Source: Callorhinchus milii
Lineage: Eukaryota
DNA: 64,000 nucleotides
Direction: 5' to 3'
Assembly (NCBI RefSeq): GCF_018977255.1
Contig: NW_024704742.1
Coordinates: 58,158,001-58,222,000 of the forward strand
The translations under genes were made by a program, and so were the position numbers. Below, one piece after another: positions 58,601 through 64,000 of this stretch. The notes beneath the pieces are model-generated. The model was not told where the DNA came from. It saw only the letters and a list, made by a program, of their open reading frames with translations, and did no database searches. Position 1 is the stretch's first letter, and each line of letters begins with the position of its first letter.

Positions 58601-61600
58601 GTGAAGAATACCACATTCTGATTTCAACTGGAATCTTTCTTTCAGATAATTGTCTGTTCCTATTTTGCACATCACCTCACAGTCTTCAGCTTGGACACCA
58701 AGTCTCACACTCACACCCTCGAGGACAGGAGGTCAATGCTTTTCTTGCACAGTGCTGCACTGACACACAGTGGCAGCTACCTGGTGCTTTCAAATTACAA
58801 TGAAGTTCAGAAAGTGAGTTATGTCACTCTATGGAACCTGCACACTGGTAAGGTAATATCAATGTATATACTGTAATACAACATTCGGCAGCGTTCTACA
58901 GAGTTTTGATATTGTAAATAGAAAATATTTTTGGCTGGTGAGGCACGTAAGGGCTGAAAAATTGCTCCTCGGGTAAGCTTTAAAGTTACTGTCTATTTAC
59001 CACTTTCCTCCACTCAACCTAAAAATGCAGAACAATTGTAGACTCCCCTCACTATTCCAGCTGAGATCAACTAACTATCACAGTACAGGACAGAATCCAG
59101 GTTACCTCCCTAGTCTGTATGATTTAGTAACACACTGAATGATGGATGTTAAACTATTGATTCACTTTCCATCAATAACATGCTATTTATTTCATAAAAT
59201 AACATGCTATTTTATGATTAAGTAACTTTCTCTCTCTCTCTACTCTCTTTCCATTATATTGTGTGTGTGACTGTCTCTTTATACACAAAACGTATAAAGA
59301 GATAAATTAATCCCTTTAAAAAAGATTAATATGGTCACTCAATCCACGACTGTTTGTGGGACACTGCTGTGCGCAATTGGCTGCCGCATTTCGCCCACAA
59401 AATATACAGTCAATTAACTTTACAGTATATTCTGTGAAGCGCTTTGAGACGTCTCGAAGATGTGATAAGGCGCTATGTCAAATGCAAGGAATATTATTAT
59501 TATTAAGTAAATACCTGTGCATATAAATTGTGGTACTGTACACACATTTACCATTCATCTTTGGAAATTAAAAGCGATATTTTTATTGACATTCTGTGTT
59601 CAGGTCACCAAGAGGTTAAGAAATGAACCCGACGTGTGTTGCAGTGCGATCATGGATGGGGCTGATCGAATTGTGTACGGTGTCATGGAAGCAAACAGGT
59701 AATTGTGGCAACGTTTTGACAGTCCTATTGTTTCCATTATGCTTTGACAGTTCTATTGTTTCACTGCCCCAGAAAGATTCAGAGACATGACAAAAGACAG
59801 CAGCTTTAATTACACTGATCCCAACAGATAGGCTTTCCTCCAACCCACAGCCATGCCTCACCACAAACAGATAGGAAAGATACACTGTAGTGAAGCCTAG
59901 AGACGTTCTATAATAGAAAGAGGTTATGCCATATTGAAATGAGCTTCCTGCTCTCTTTAAAATCCCTCACGACCATTTGCAGACGTGAAAGGTGCTATAT
60001 TAAATTAAAGGATTCTTTTATCTTTTATTTTGTGTATCCTTTTTCTCTCCTGACCACCATATGTGTTCGAGCCTTCATTACATTCCTGACTGCTGGGATT
60101 CCCTGCCTCTATTTCTCCACATTGCCACCTCTCTCTATCTTTCTTTAAATCACACCTTAAAACCTATCTCTTTGACCATGCCTATGGTTGTTTCCCCCTC
60201 CTCACTTGTTTGGCGTCCAGCCCTCCCACTGTGAATTGCTCCAAGATGTCATCCTTCATAAAGAGCGCTATATTAATGCAAGTAGTTATTGTTTATTTAA
60301 CAGCCTTCTGAGGCTTGGATTGAGGCACATTGTTAGGGTAGATTAGATTTACCCTGCATCTACCTGTTCTGTATCCTAAATTTATTGGAAATTCTGAAAA
60401 CATTGTTAATAAGTTTCAAGATTTTATTTTTTTCAAAAAAAATCCTTTTTTNACTGTTCTAGAGTGCGAGTCAAAGATAAGGTACCAGAAAAGCAGCTCT
60501 AGTCAAGCGACCAGCCATCTTACACTTAGCTGAACTGTTTTAATTTTGCCCAGTTTTATCTTCATTGTTCTTTCTCTATCCTGAAAGCATCAAATTTTGC
60601 TGAGATATGGATTCTGACAGCTCTGGTGTTTTCTTAAACTAGCTATTCTCTATGGTAGACAGTATATGTCAACAGACTATTCAATGCCTACCCCTCATAG
60701 ACTCCTTCATCATCTCCAGGCTCGATTATTCCAATGGCCTGCACACAGGTCTCCACTGCTCTTCTCTACACAAGCTGCATCCCATCCAGAACTCTGCAGC
60801 CTGTGTCCCATCCCTCGTGAGGCTCCGCAAACCCATCAGCCCTTATTCTCACTCGGCTCCACTGGCTTCCCATCCCTCAGCAGATCATATTCAACATTCT
60901 CGATTTCAAATGCTTCCATGGTCTATGCGATCTCCTGCCCGGACATTCCCTCGTCCATCAATGATGGGCAAACTTGCAACCATTTTGACCTGCTCTCTGG
61001 AACACCACGCCAGAGTTCCTCCACCTTGTCACCTCCCTACCCACCTTCAAATTCTACCTTAAGGCCTATCCCATTGACTGCATTTTTAGCCACACTCCGC
61101 TTTCCTCAGCTCTTTTCTCCACACCCCTCCCTCCCAAGACTTGGGCTTCCAGTGAGTTGTGTGAAGTGCTTTGAAACAGCCTCCCAACGTGAAAGACCCT
61201 AAATAAATATAAATGCTGTTGTTGTATCATTTTAAAAAATGATCAGTAAAAATGTACAGGACACCAATTTTATTTCAACTGTTTCCAGATCTTATTTGTG
61301 CTTACCTTTTGTTGTTGACTTTAATTTTTGTTTTTAACCAATCAACTTTATTACTATTTATAAAATGAAATAAATATTAAAGATGTAATTCAACAAGAAT
61401 CAGTGATTGACATTCAAAAGGCTTATTAAGTTATAATAATATTAATAATCCTTGCATTTAATATAGCACCTATCACGTTTATGAAGATGTCTCAAGGTGA
61501 AAATTAAGCCGTAAACGGGATGAATCAAATAAGTATTCAAAAAGTTAAAAAAAACTAATTGACTTGGATTTAGTCAGTAATGACTGCCTAAATAAAATAA

Positions 61601-62622
61601 TAGAAACAAATTCATACAGTAAATTATAAATGAAATTCCAGTAGAGTATCTCTTGTTTGGGAGTGAATTGTCCTGTGGTGCCACCTATTGGTATTAGAAT
61701 AATAATAATCCTTGCGTTGGCAATAGGACCTAATGAAGTCGTTGAGAAGTCCCAAAGTGCTTCACCGAAGATATTGTAAAGTGGATTGTGTATTTTGTGG
61801 GGGAAACACAGCAGCCAATTGCACACAGCATTGTCCCATAAAAAGTTGTGGGAGTTATAAAATATTGTGGTGTGTGTTAAAATCACAGCTCTCAATTTTT
61901 TTACAGCCGTAACAATCAGGTAGTTTGTTTCCAGATTTGTGTTTGCTTGCTATCGTGGTGATCTGTTGCTTTGAGCAAATGACAGCCTTTCAGTAGATGA
62001 GTTTTGTTTGCTTTGCTTTAAGACTGAAAGTATGGGATCCATTCAGAAAAGGCCACAAGACTATTTCAGGATATGAAAAGTTTAACCTAAATATGAATAG
62101 TAGAGTGCATCTGACAGATAATGGAACAAAGGCTGTGATTCTGGCAGGTATGTGAATTTAATTTTAATATAACATTTTACACAACTGTACATAATATTGT
62201 GGGAAAATATCAGGGTGTGAAAATATTTTGCAGGGTGTGCACTTATTCACCAGAAGTGCTACAATTGGCTTGAACACTCAGGATATCGAAGAAAAAAATA
62301 AGTGAAATTGTATTTTCCTTAACATATGAAAGTATTTTAATATTTATTATTTCCTTCTCTCGTTTTCTTCTCAGACGATGTGAGTCTATGGGATCTCGAA
62401 AAAGGCACAGTCCAGTCCATTTTTACTCCCGATAGTGTGATCCGGTGCATGTCCTTGGCCTTCGAAGATAATAATATTCTTCTTGGCATGAGCGACAACC
62501 CTGCCCTCATTGTACTTAAGCTGATGTCGAAGGACACAGTGAAACTGAGTTCAAAAGAGAACTTGTTTGGAGAAGCCAGCAGTAGTGAGGATGAGGACAA
62601 TTCTAATTTTAGGTCAGGGTAA
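19579..62622 (+). CDS. NACHT and WD40 repeat domain-containing protein (NWD1/NWD2-like STAND NTPase), about 2070 aa, 31 coding exons; apparent 1-nt frameshift in exon 8
   Basis: join(19579..19629,20750..20842,23594..23710,23798..23875,24280..24402,26924..27452,27910..28109,28765..29185,29409..29563,31111..31319,33130..33269,36682..36792,37787..37945,38577..38700,38910..39110,39837..40717,41492..41631,42000..42125,42525..42856,44769..44902,48550..48678,49870..50117,51442..51610,54305..54506,55164..55294,56501..56676,57863..58017,58646..58852,59604..59698,62023..62147,62375..62622) = 6209 nt, one short of 2070 codons. Motifs: DUF4062-like [25 protein letters not shown]; Walker [14 protein letters not shown]; Walker [27 protein letters not shown]40 GHTDMITAV...[13 protein letters not shown]. 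Exons 1-5 rest only on splice sites and frame continuity. Confidence 0.88.
20151..20476 (-). mobile_element. tRNA-derived Deu-type SINE, full length
   Basis: Reverse complement of the family; ends tgctctaaccactgagctacagga. Confidence 0.93.
20750..20842 (+). CDS. NWD-like coding exon 2
   Basis: ttgcag|GAATAT...ATGCAG|gtagtt; [31 protein letters not shown]. Confidence 0.65.
20885..22523 (+). mobile_element. L2 LINE 3' portion with RT core, interrupted by a second L2 3' fragment (about 21084-21637)
   Basis: [37 protein letters not shown] ... [insert ending (ttg)n] ... [29 protein letters not shown]...[17 protein letters not shown]; frameshifted; (gtt)n tail at about 22509-22523. Confidence 0.93.
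23594..23710 (+). CDS. NWD-like coding exon 3
   Basis: caatag|GAGAGG...AGCAGA|gtgagt; [39 protein letters not shown]. Confidence 0.65.
23798..23875 (+). CDS. NWD-like coding exon 4
   Basis: tgctag|ATAGCA...TTGAAG|gtatgg; [26 protein letters not shown]. Confidence 0.6.
24280..24402 (+). CDS. NWD-like coding exon 5
   Basis: tatcag|CGTGAC...GAACAG|gttaat; [41 protein letters not shown]. Confidence 0.7.
24800..25066 (+). repeat. Unclassified interspersed repeat (hairpin+A-tail family)
   Basis: ...ttttagctggttaaactccagcag...atttccatgtgtaggtgggatgcatagaattctcagtttggtttgg...gtcagacacccggctgacc. Confidence 0.8.
25385..25670 (-). repeat. Unclassified interspersed repeat (same family, inverted relative to 24800-25066)
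   Basis: ggtcagcccgtctgacatatgtgaaaaacc...gagaattcc...acatggaaattcc...tctaaccagctaaaa. Confidence 0.8.
26110..26785 (+). mobile_element. Degraded Deu-domain SINE with nested L2 tail and a second SINE tail
   Basis: cctgttcaggtggatgttaaagattccacagcactattc...ctgtttgtgggacattgctgtgcac...; tails at about 26430, 26520 and 26760. Confidence 0.7.
26924..27452 (+). CDS. NWD-like coding exon 6 (Ser-rich linker, start of DUF4062-like domain)
   Basis: cgacag|TCAAGT...ATAG|gtaact; 529 nt open; ends ...[26 protein letters not shown]. Confidence 0.82.
27910..28109 (+). CDS. NWD-like coding exon 7 (DUF4062-like)
   Basis: ttgcag|ATACAG...TTCATA|gtaagt; [37 protein letters not shown]. Confidence 0.92.
28765..29185 (+). 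CDS. NWD-like coding exon 8 (contains apparent frameshift)
   Basis: 5' frame [25 protein letters not shown]... stops at TAA 28963-28965. The -1 frame, open from 28842, gives ...[22 protein letters not shown]; donor AG|gttagc. Confidence 0.8.
29409..29563 (+). CDS. NWD-like coding exon 9
   Basis: NAGNAG acceptor tgcag|cag|; [36 protein letters not shown]...; ACAG|gtagag. Confidence 0.85.
29665..30102 (-). mobile_element. Older SacSINE1/AmnSINE1-like Deu-domain SINE
   Basis: ttggccagggcaccaggagaaactccc...gccattggatcttta...tttaacatctcattt...tttgaacccc...ctcagaggc, which is the reverse of the Deu central domain and tRNA head. Confidence 0.75.
31111..31319 (+). CDS. NWD-like coding exon 10
   Basis: tttcag|TTCAAG...GCTCAG|gtaata; [10 protein letters not shown]...[11 protein letters not shown]...DYIDV. 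Confidence 0.88.
31386..31706 (+). mobile_element. tRNA(Ala-like)-derived Deu-type SINE, full length, young
   Basis: ggagtcctgtagctcagtggttagagcactcgctttgcaagcgagagacctgagttcaattcc...gtttgtgggacattgctgtgcgcaattggctgccgcgttcgccc...(att)n. Confidence 0.95.
32065..32200 (-). mobile_element. SINE 3' fragment
   Basis: aataatccttgcat...tttgtgggcgaaacgaggcagccaattgcgcacag. Confidence 0.85.
32580..32880 (-). repeat. Unclassified interspersed repeat (hairpin+A-tail family)
   Basis: tttttttggtcagccgagtgtctgacatatg...aaactgagaattccatgcatcccacccacacatggaaattcc...ggagtctaaccagctaaaacc. Confidence 0.82.
33130..33269 (+). CDS. NWD-like coding exon 11
   Basis: atgcag|CTACGC...AACAG|gtcagt; [20 protein letters not shown]...[12 protein letters not shown]. 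Confidence 0.88.
34152..34865 (-). mobile_element. L2 LINE 3' fragment
   Basis: Minus-strand ORFs ...[36 protein letters not shown]...LHWLP; L2 tail at the left end. Confidence 0.93.
35137..35342 (-). mobile_element. SINE 3' half, young
   Basis: (taa)n ccttgcatttgatatagcgcttttcacgtcgggaggacgtcccaaagcgc...cagccaattgcgcacagcaatgtcccacaaacag. Confidence 0.9.
35540..36287 (+). mobile_element. L2 LINE 3' fragment
   Basis: NLGVLFDP...[22 protein letters not shown]...[14 protein letters not shown]; (ttg)n tail. Confidence 0.93.
36682..36792 (+). CDS. NWD-like coding exon 12
   Basis: tttaag|GTTTAT...AGGCT|gtgagt; [36 protein letters not shown]. Confidence 0.82.
36834..37198 (-). mobile_element. 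tRNA-derived Deu-type SINE
   Basis: Reverse complement of the family tail, body and head. Confidence 0.9.
37787..37945 (+). CDS. NWD-like coding exon 13 (NACHT Walker A)
   Basis: ttaaag|GGCTTC...TCAGG|gtagga; FMGREACL...[19 protein letters not shown]. Confidence 0.93.
38577..38700 (+). CDS. NWD-like coding exon 14
   Basis: tttcag|TGACTT...TCAGAG|gtatta; [33 protein letters not shown]. Confidence 0.92.
38910..39110 (+). CDS. NWD-like coding exon 15 (NACHT Walker B)
   Basis: tactag|GACATC...TTAAAG|gtaatt; [14 protein letters not shown]...[18 protein letters not shown]. Confidence 0.93.
39837..40717 (+). CDS. NWD-like coding exon 16 (post-NACHT helical/winged-helix region)
   Basis: 881 nt open; ...[14 protein letters not shown]...IPLYL...[11 protein letters not shown]...[17 protein letters not shown]...[16 protein letters not shown]...[15 protein letters not shown]|gtaagc. 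Confidence 0.95.
40790..41131 (+). mobile_element. L2 LINE 3' fragment
   Basis: ...[16 protein letters not shown]...[14 protein letters not shown]; tail gtgaaagctgctatataaatg...(ttg)n. Confidence 0.85.
41492..41631 (+). CDS. NWD-like coding exon 17
   Basis: acacag|GAATAT...CCAG|gtaata; [28 protein letters not shown]. Confidence 0.92.
42000..42125 (+). CDS. NWD-like coding exon 18
   Basis: ctgcag|ATGATC...GGAG|gtaaga; [38 protein letters not shown]. Confidence 0.92.
42525..42856 (+). CDS. NWD-like coding exon 19 (WD40 repeats)
   Basis: atgcag|GTCACA...GTTAGA|gtaagt; GHTDMITAV...[16 protein letters not shown]...LQVWEIHSG. Confidence 0.95.
42905..43302 (-). mobile_element. Old degraded Deu-domain SINE
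   Basis: gggacctcagtttaatgtctcatccaaaaggcag...cctccattggagtgtt...gagtgctacc, similar to the copy at 29665-30102. Confidence 0.6.
43690..43872 (+). mobile_element. SINE 3' half
   Basis: ccacgactgtttgtgggacattgctg...gtgataaggcgctatatcaagtgcaaggattattatt. Confidence 0.88.
44769..44902 (+). CDS. NWD-like coding exon 20
   Basis: tggcag|GTGTTT...TACAG|gtgtgt; [14 protein letters not shown]...VKDYVLFAY. Confidence 0.85.
45205..45318 (+). repeat. Unclassified interspersed repeat (hairpin+A-tail family), 3' fragment
   Basis: ggatgcatggaac...agtttggtttgggtacttttaagcatgg...gtcagacacttgtctgaccacaaaaaaa. Confidence 0.7.
46070..46380 (+). mobile_element. CR1 LINE ORF2 fragment, degraded
   Basis: gagatctaggagt...cagtgtgagaaagcaataagcaaggctaacaggatgctg (ERDLGV...[13 protein letters not shown] motif). 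Confidence 0.7.
46396..46695 (+). mobile_element. tRNA-derived Deu-type SINE
   Basis: tcagtggttagagcgctcaccttgcaagtgagagacctgggttcaattc...caaatgcaagg. Confidence 0.9.
46715..47160 (-). mobile_element. Degraded L2 fragment
   Basis: gggagttccagagg...; gtctcagtgctgcgtccagggcagaaac (reverse of the F.P.RSTET motif). Confidence 0.65.
48550..48678 (+). CDS. NWD-like coding exon 21
   Basis: tgtcag|GAGCGC...TGCAG|gtatat; [19 protein letters not shown]...YFVVVC. Confidence 0.87.
48772..49147 (+). mobile_element. tRNA-derived Deu-type SINE
   Basis: agtcctttagctcagtgtttagagcactc...ggttcgattccc...(att)n. Confidence 0.9.
49390..49592 (+). mobile_element. SINE 3' half
   Basis: tggtcactcaa...tttcgcccacaaaatacacagtcaa...aaggattatt. 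Confidence 0.8.
49870..50117 (+). CDS. NWD-like coding exon 22 (GC donor)
   Basis: ttccag|GTACCC...GCAG|gcaagt; [15 protein letters not shown]...[23 protein letters not shown]. Confidence 0.85.
51442..51610 (+). CDS. NWD-like coding exon 23
   Basis: atttag|GTGTAT...CCCAG|gttagt; [29 protein letters not shown]. Confidence 0.87.
51972..53063 (+). mobile_element. 5'-truncated Tx1/L1-clade non-LTR retrotransposon with 18-bp TSD
   Basis: Frameshifted ORF2 C-terminus: [20 protein letters not shown] / [19 protein letters not shown] (CCHC zinc knuckle) / [11 protein letters not shown]...[18 protein letters not shown] at 53037-53042. TSD caaaatataccccaatca at 51954-51971 and 53064-53081. Confidence 0.9.
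53400..54020 (+). mobile_element. L2 3' fragment interrupted by a minus-strand SINE (53623-53887)
   Basis: L2 ...ctctggaactccatcc...aaaaccttcctttttgactgcgcc | SINE (reverse, with B-box region deleted) | L2 tail ccagcaccttgggatgtcctcctgatgtgaaag. Confidence 0.85.
54305..54506 (+). CDS. NWD-like coding exon 24
   Basis: ttgcag|CTACGT...TTCCAG|gtattt; [17 protein letters not shown]...[11 protein letters not shown]. Confidence 0.88.
55164..55294 (+). CDS. NWD-like coding exon 25
   Basis: cttcag|ACCCTG...AACAG|gtgggg; [16 protein letters not shown]...LLLGISEN. Confidence 0.87.
55477..55826 (-). mobile_element. tRNA-derived Deu-type SINE
   Basis: Reverse complement of the family. Confidence 0.9.
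56501..56676 (+). CDS. NWD-like coding exon 26
   Basis: caaaag|AGATCA...GGAG|gtaaag; [19 protein letters not shown]... Confidence 0.85.
57863..58017 (+). CDS. NWD-like coding exon 27
   Basis: tttcag|TGTATC...GAGAAG|gtgaga; [32 protein letters not shown]...YLLSGNEK. Confidence 0.87.
58646..58852 (+). CDS. NWD-like coding exon 28
   Basis: tttcag|ATAATT...GGTAAG|gtaata; [16 protein letters not shown]...[11 protein letters not shown]. Confidence 0.88.
59330..59505 (+). mobile_element. SINE 3' half
   Basis: ggtcactcaatccacgactgtttgtgggacactgctgtgcgcaattggctgccgc...aaatgcaaggaatattattatt. Confidence 0.9.
59604..59698 (+). CDS. NWD-like coding exon 29
   Basis: gttcag|GTCACC...AACAG|gtaatt; [31 protein letters not shown]. 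Confidence 0.87.
60690..61223 (+). mobile_element. L2 LINE 3' fragment
   Basis: [16 protein letters not shown]...[11 protein letters not shown]2-type tail. Confidence 0.85.
61700..61850 (-). mobile_element. SINE 3' fragment
   Basis: aataataatccttgc...cagcagccaattgcacacagcattgtccca. Confidence 0.75.
62023..62147 (+). CDS. NWD-like coding exon 30
   Basis: tttaag|ACTGAA...GCAG|gtatgt; [17 protein letters not shown]...GTKAVILA. Confidence 0.87.
62375..62622 (+). CDS. NWD-like terminal coding exon 31
   Basis: tctcag|ACGATG...; [25 protein letters not shown]...[19 protein letters not shown]. Confidence 0.9.
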
Positions 62623-63539
62623 TTTCTAAATAGCCACATTTTTAGTCTTCTTACATTGACTGATTGCTCCACTAAAATAGAGCAAGTCATAAAATAGTCA
62701 CAAAAATTGGATATTTATTGAAAATATAGTTTAAAACTGTTGCTAGAATTTAATAGGATTGAAAAATTGTTGTATTGTTCCTTATTATTAAAAACCTTTA
62801 GTATTGCACAACTACATTTTTTGTGTTCAGCTCAATCTATTTCCCTTTTGTTTAGAACTGCAATTTAGCAATATTCTGCACTTCATACTAGACTGTTCTT
62901 AAACATGGTACCATTATCATGTTTGCATGTGTCATTAGATACCCAGCTGACCAGATAAAAATTACTTATTACCCATTTCACTGAAGTCAGCTTGGAGACT
63001 TGCTGCTCCAATGTCTTTTAGCTGAACAGGGAGTGTCCCAAAAGCAGCACAAGGTCTCTCCTGATTTTCTTTCCAGTTTGGGAAGGCAGCTGCTTGAGCA
63101 TCAGTTTCCCAGCAACAGAACTTAATGAAATGGAAGATTGACCTTGGATCCAAGGCCTGTAAGGATGCAGTTCTAGTTATCTTGAACTGAACTCTTGATG
63201 GATTTTTTTGTACAAGATTTAGTTCCAGATGAGGGAGTTTAGAACAGCACCCCACCAGAGAACAAGCTGGAAATTTACACCACAGCTATAATTCAAACAT
63301 TGTTTTGATTACATCACAAGTGAAGGTCATTCAGTCAGATGTCATCCTTTATAACAATATAAAAGTTATATTGAATACGTGAAAAGCGCTATATCAAATG
63401 CAATTATTATATTATTATATAGTGGTTGCACATTATTAGTCCTATCAAAATCGTGAACGGATAGTTAGTAATAGTGACAAAACAGGAAGGATTGTTTTAG
63501 GTTCTGATACATAAAAACTACAAACTAAAAAACATTTGT

Positions 63540-63850
63540 GGAGTCCTGTAGCTCAGTGGTTAGAGCACTCTCCTCGCAAGCAAACAGACCTGGGTTTGAT
63601 TCCCAGCAGAGCGAAACCTTGGGTAAGTTTCCTTACTCCACACACCTAATAATAATTCCTCAAAAAAAACAATAATTTGGTCACTCAATCCACGACTGTT
63701 TGTGGGACGCTGCTGTGCGCAATTGGCTGCTGCGTTTCGCCCACAAATATACTGACTTCAATTTACAGTATATTCTGTGAAGCACTTTGAGACGTCCAGA
63801 AGATGTGAAAAGTGCTATATCAAATGCAAGTTTTTTTTAATTATTATTAT
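63540..63850 (+). mobile_element. tRNA-derived Deu-type SINE, full length
   Basis: ggagtcctgtagctcagtggttagagcac...gggtttgattccc...caaatgcaag...ttattattat. Confidence 0.93.
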
Positions 63851-64000
63851 TTCATTCACGCATCCACTGATCAAAATTGTTTTAGATCCATACCAAAACA
63901 ACAATTGTTATTAGATATTGAATTATTGAGCAAACAGCTTTGTTGAAGGCAGCTTTTTAACCTTTGCAGAAACACCATTTCATAATAAAGATGCAATTTC

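Noticed and set aside
58843..58853. Alternative donor CTG|gtaagg at 58847/58848
   Set aside because: It is phase 1 and incompatible with the phase-0 next exon; the donor at 58852/58853 keeps the frame.
19579..62622. Assigning the symbol NWD1, NWD2 or TEP1
   Set aside because: The architecture is shared, but I cannot establish orthology by eye. There is no TROVE domain (so not TEP1), and the neighbourhood differs from known NWD1/NWD2 loci.
19579..62622. Calling the NACHT-WD gene a pseudogene
   Set aside because: Only one 1-nt lesion near A-runs in 6.2 kb, with all splice sites intact. An ambiguous base (n at 60452) shows the assembly is imperfect.

Overview
AT-rich, intron- and repeat-dense vertebrate genomic DNA. 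The tRNA-headed Deu-type SINEs with L2-like tails, plus L2 and CR1 fragments, point to a cartilaginous fish, probably a chimaera (inference). I reconstructed two + strand genes by hand from splice sites and reading frames. (1) RWDD4: coding exons 2-8 lie at 2621-8624, exon 1 is upstream of the window, and a 3-nt CAT microexon sits at 7390-7392. (2) A 31-coding-exon gene at 19579-62622 encodes a ~2070-aa STAND NTPase with a long N-terminal extension, a DUF4062-like domain, NACHT and WD40 repeats (NWD1/NWD2-like, but not confidently either). All junction phases close except for a single missing base inside exon 8 (28842-28962). One intron is GC-AG. Introns hold about 25 SINE copies, many L2 and CR1 fragments, a Tx1/L1-clade insertion with an 18-bp TSD, Helitron-like relics, an unclassified hairpin+A-tail repeat family and a perfect 52-bp palindrome. 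I found no CRISPR array, rRNA or genuine tRNA gene. Most ORFs in the six-frame track are spurious or repeat-derived. Repeat boundaries are approximate.
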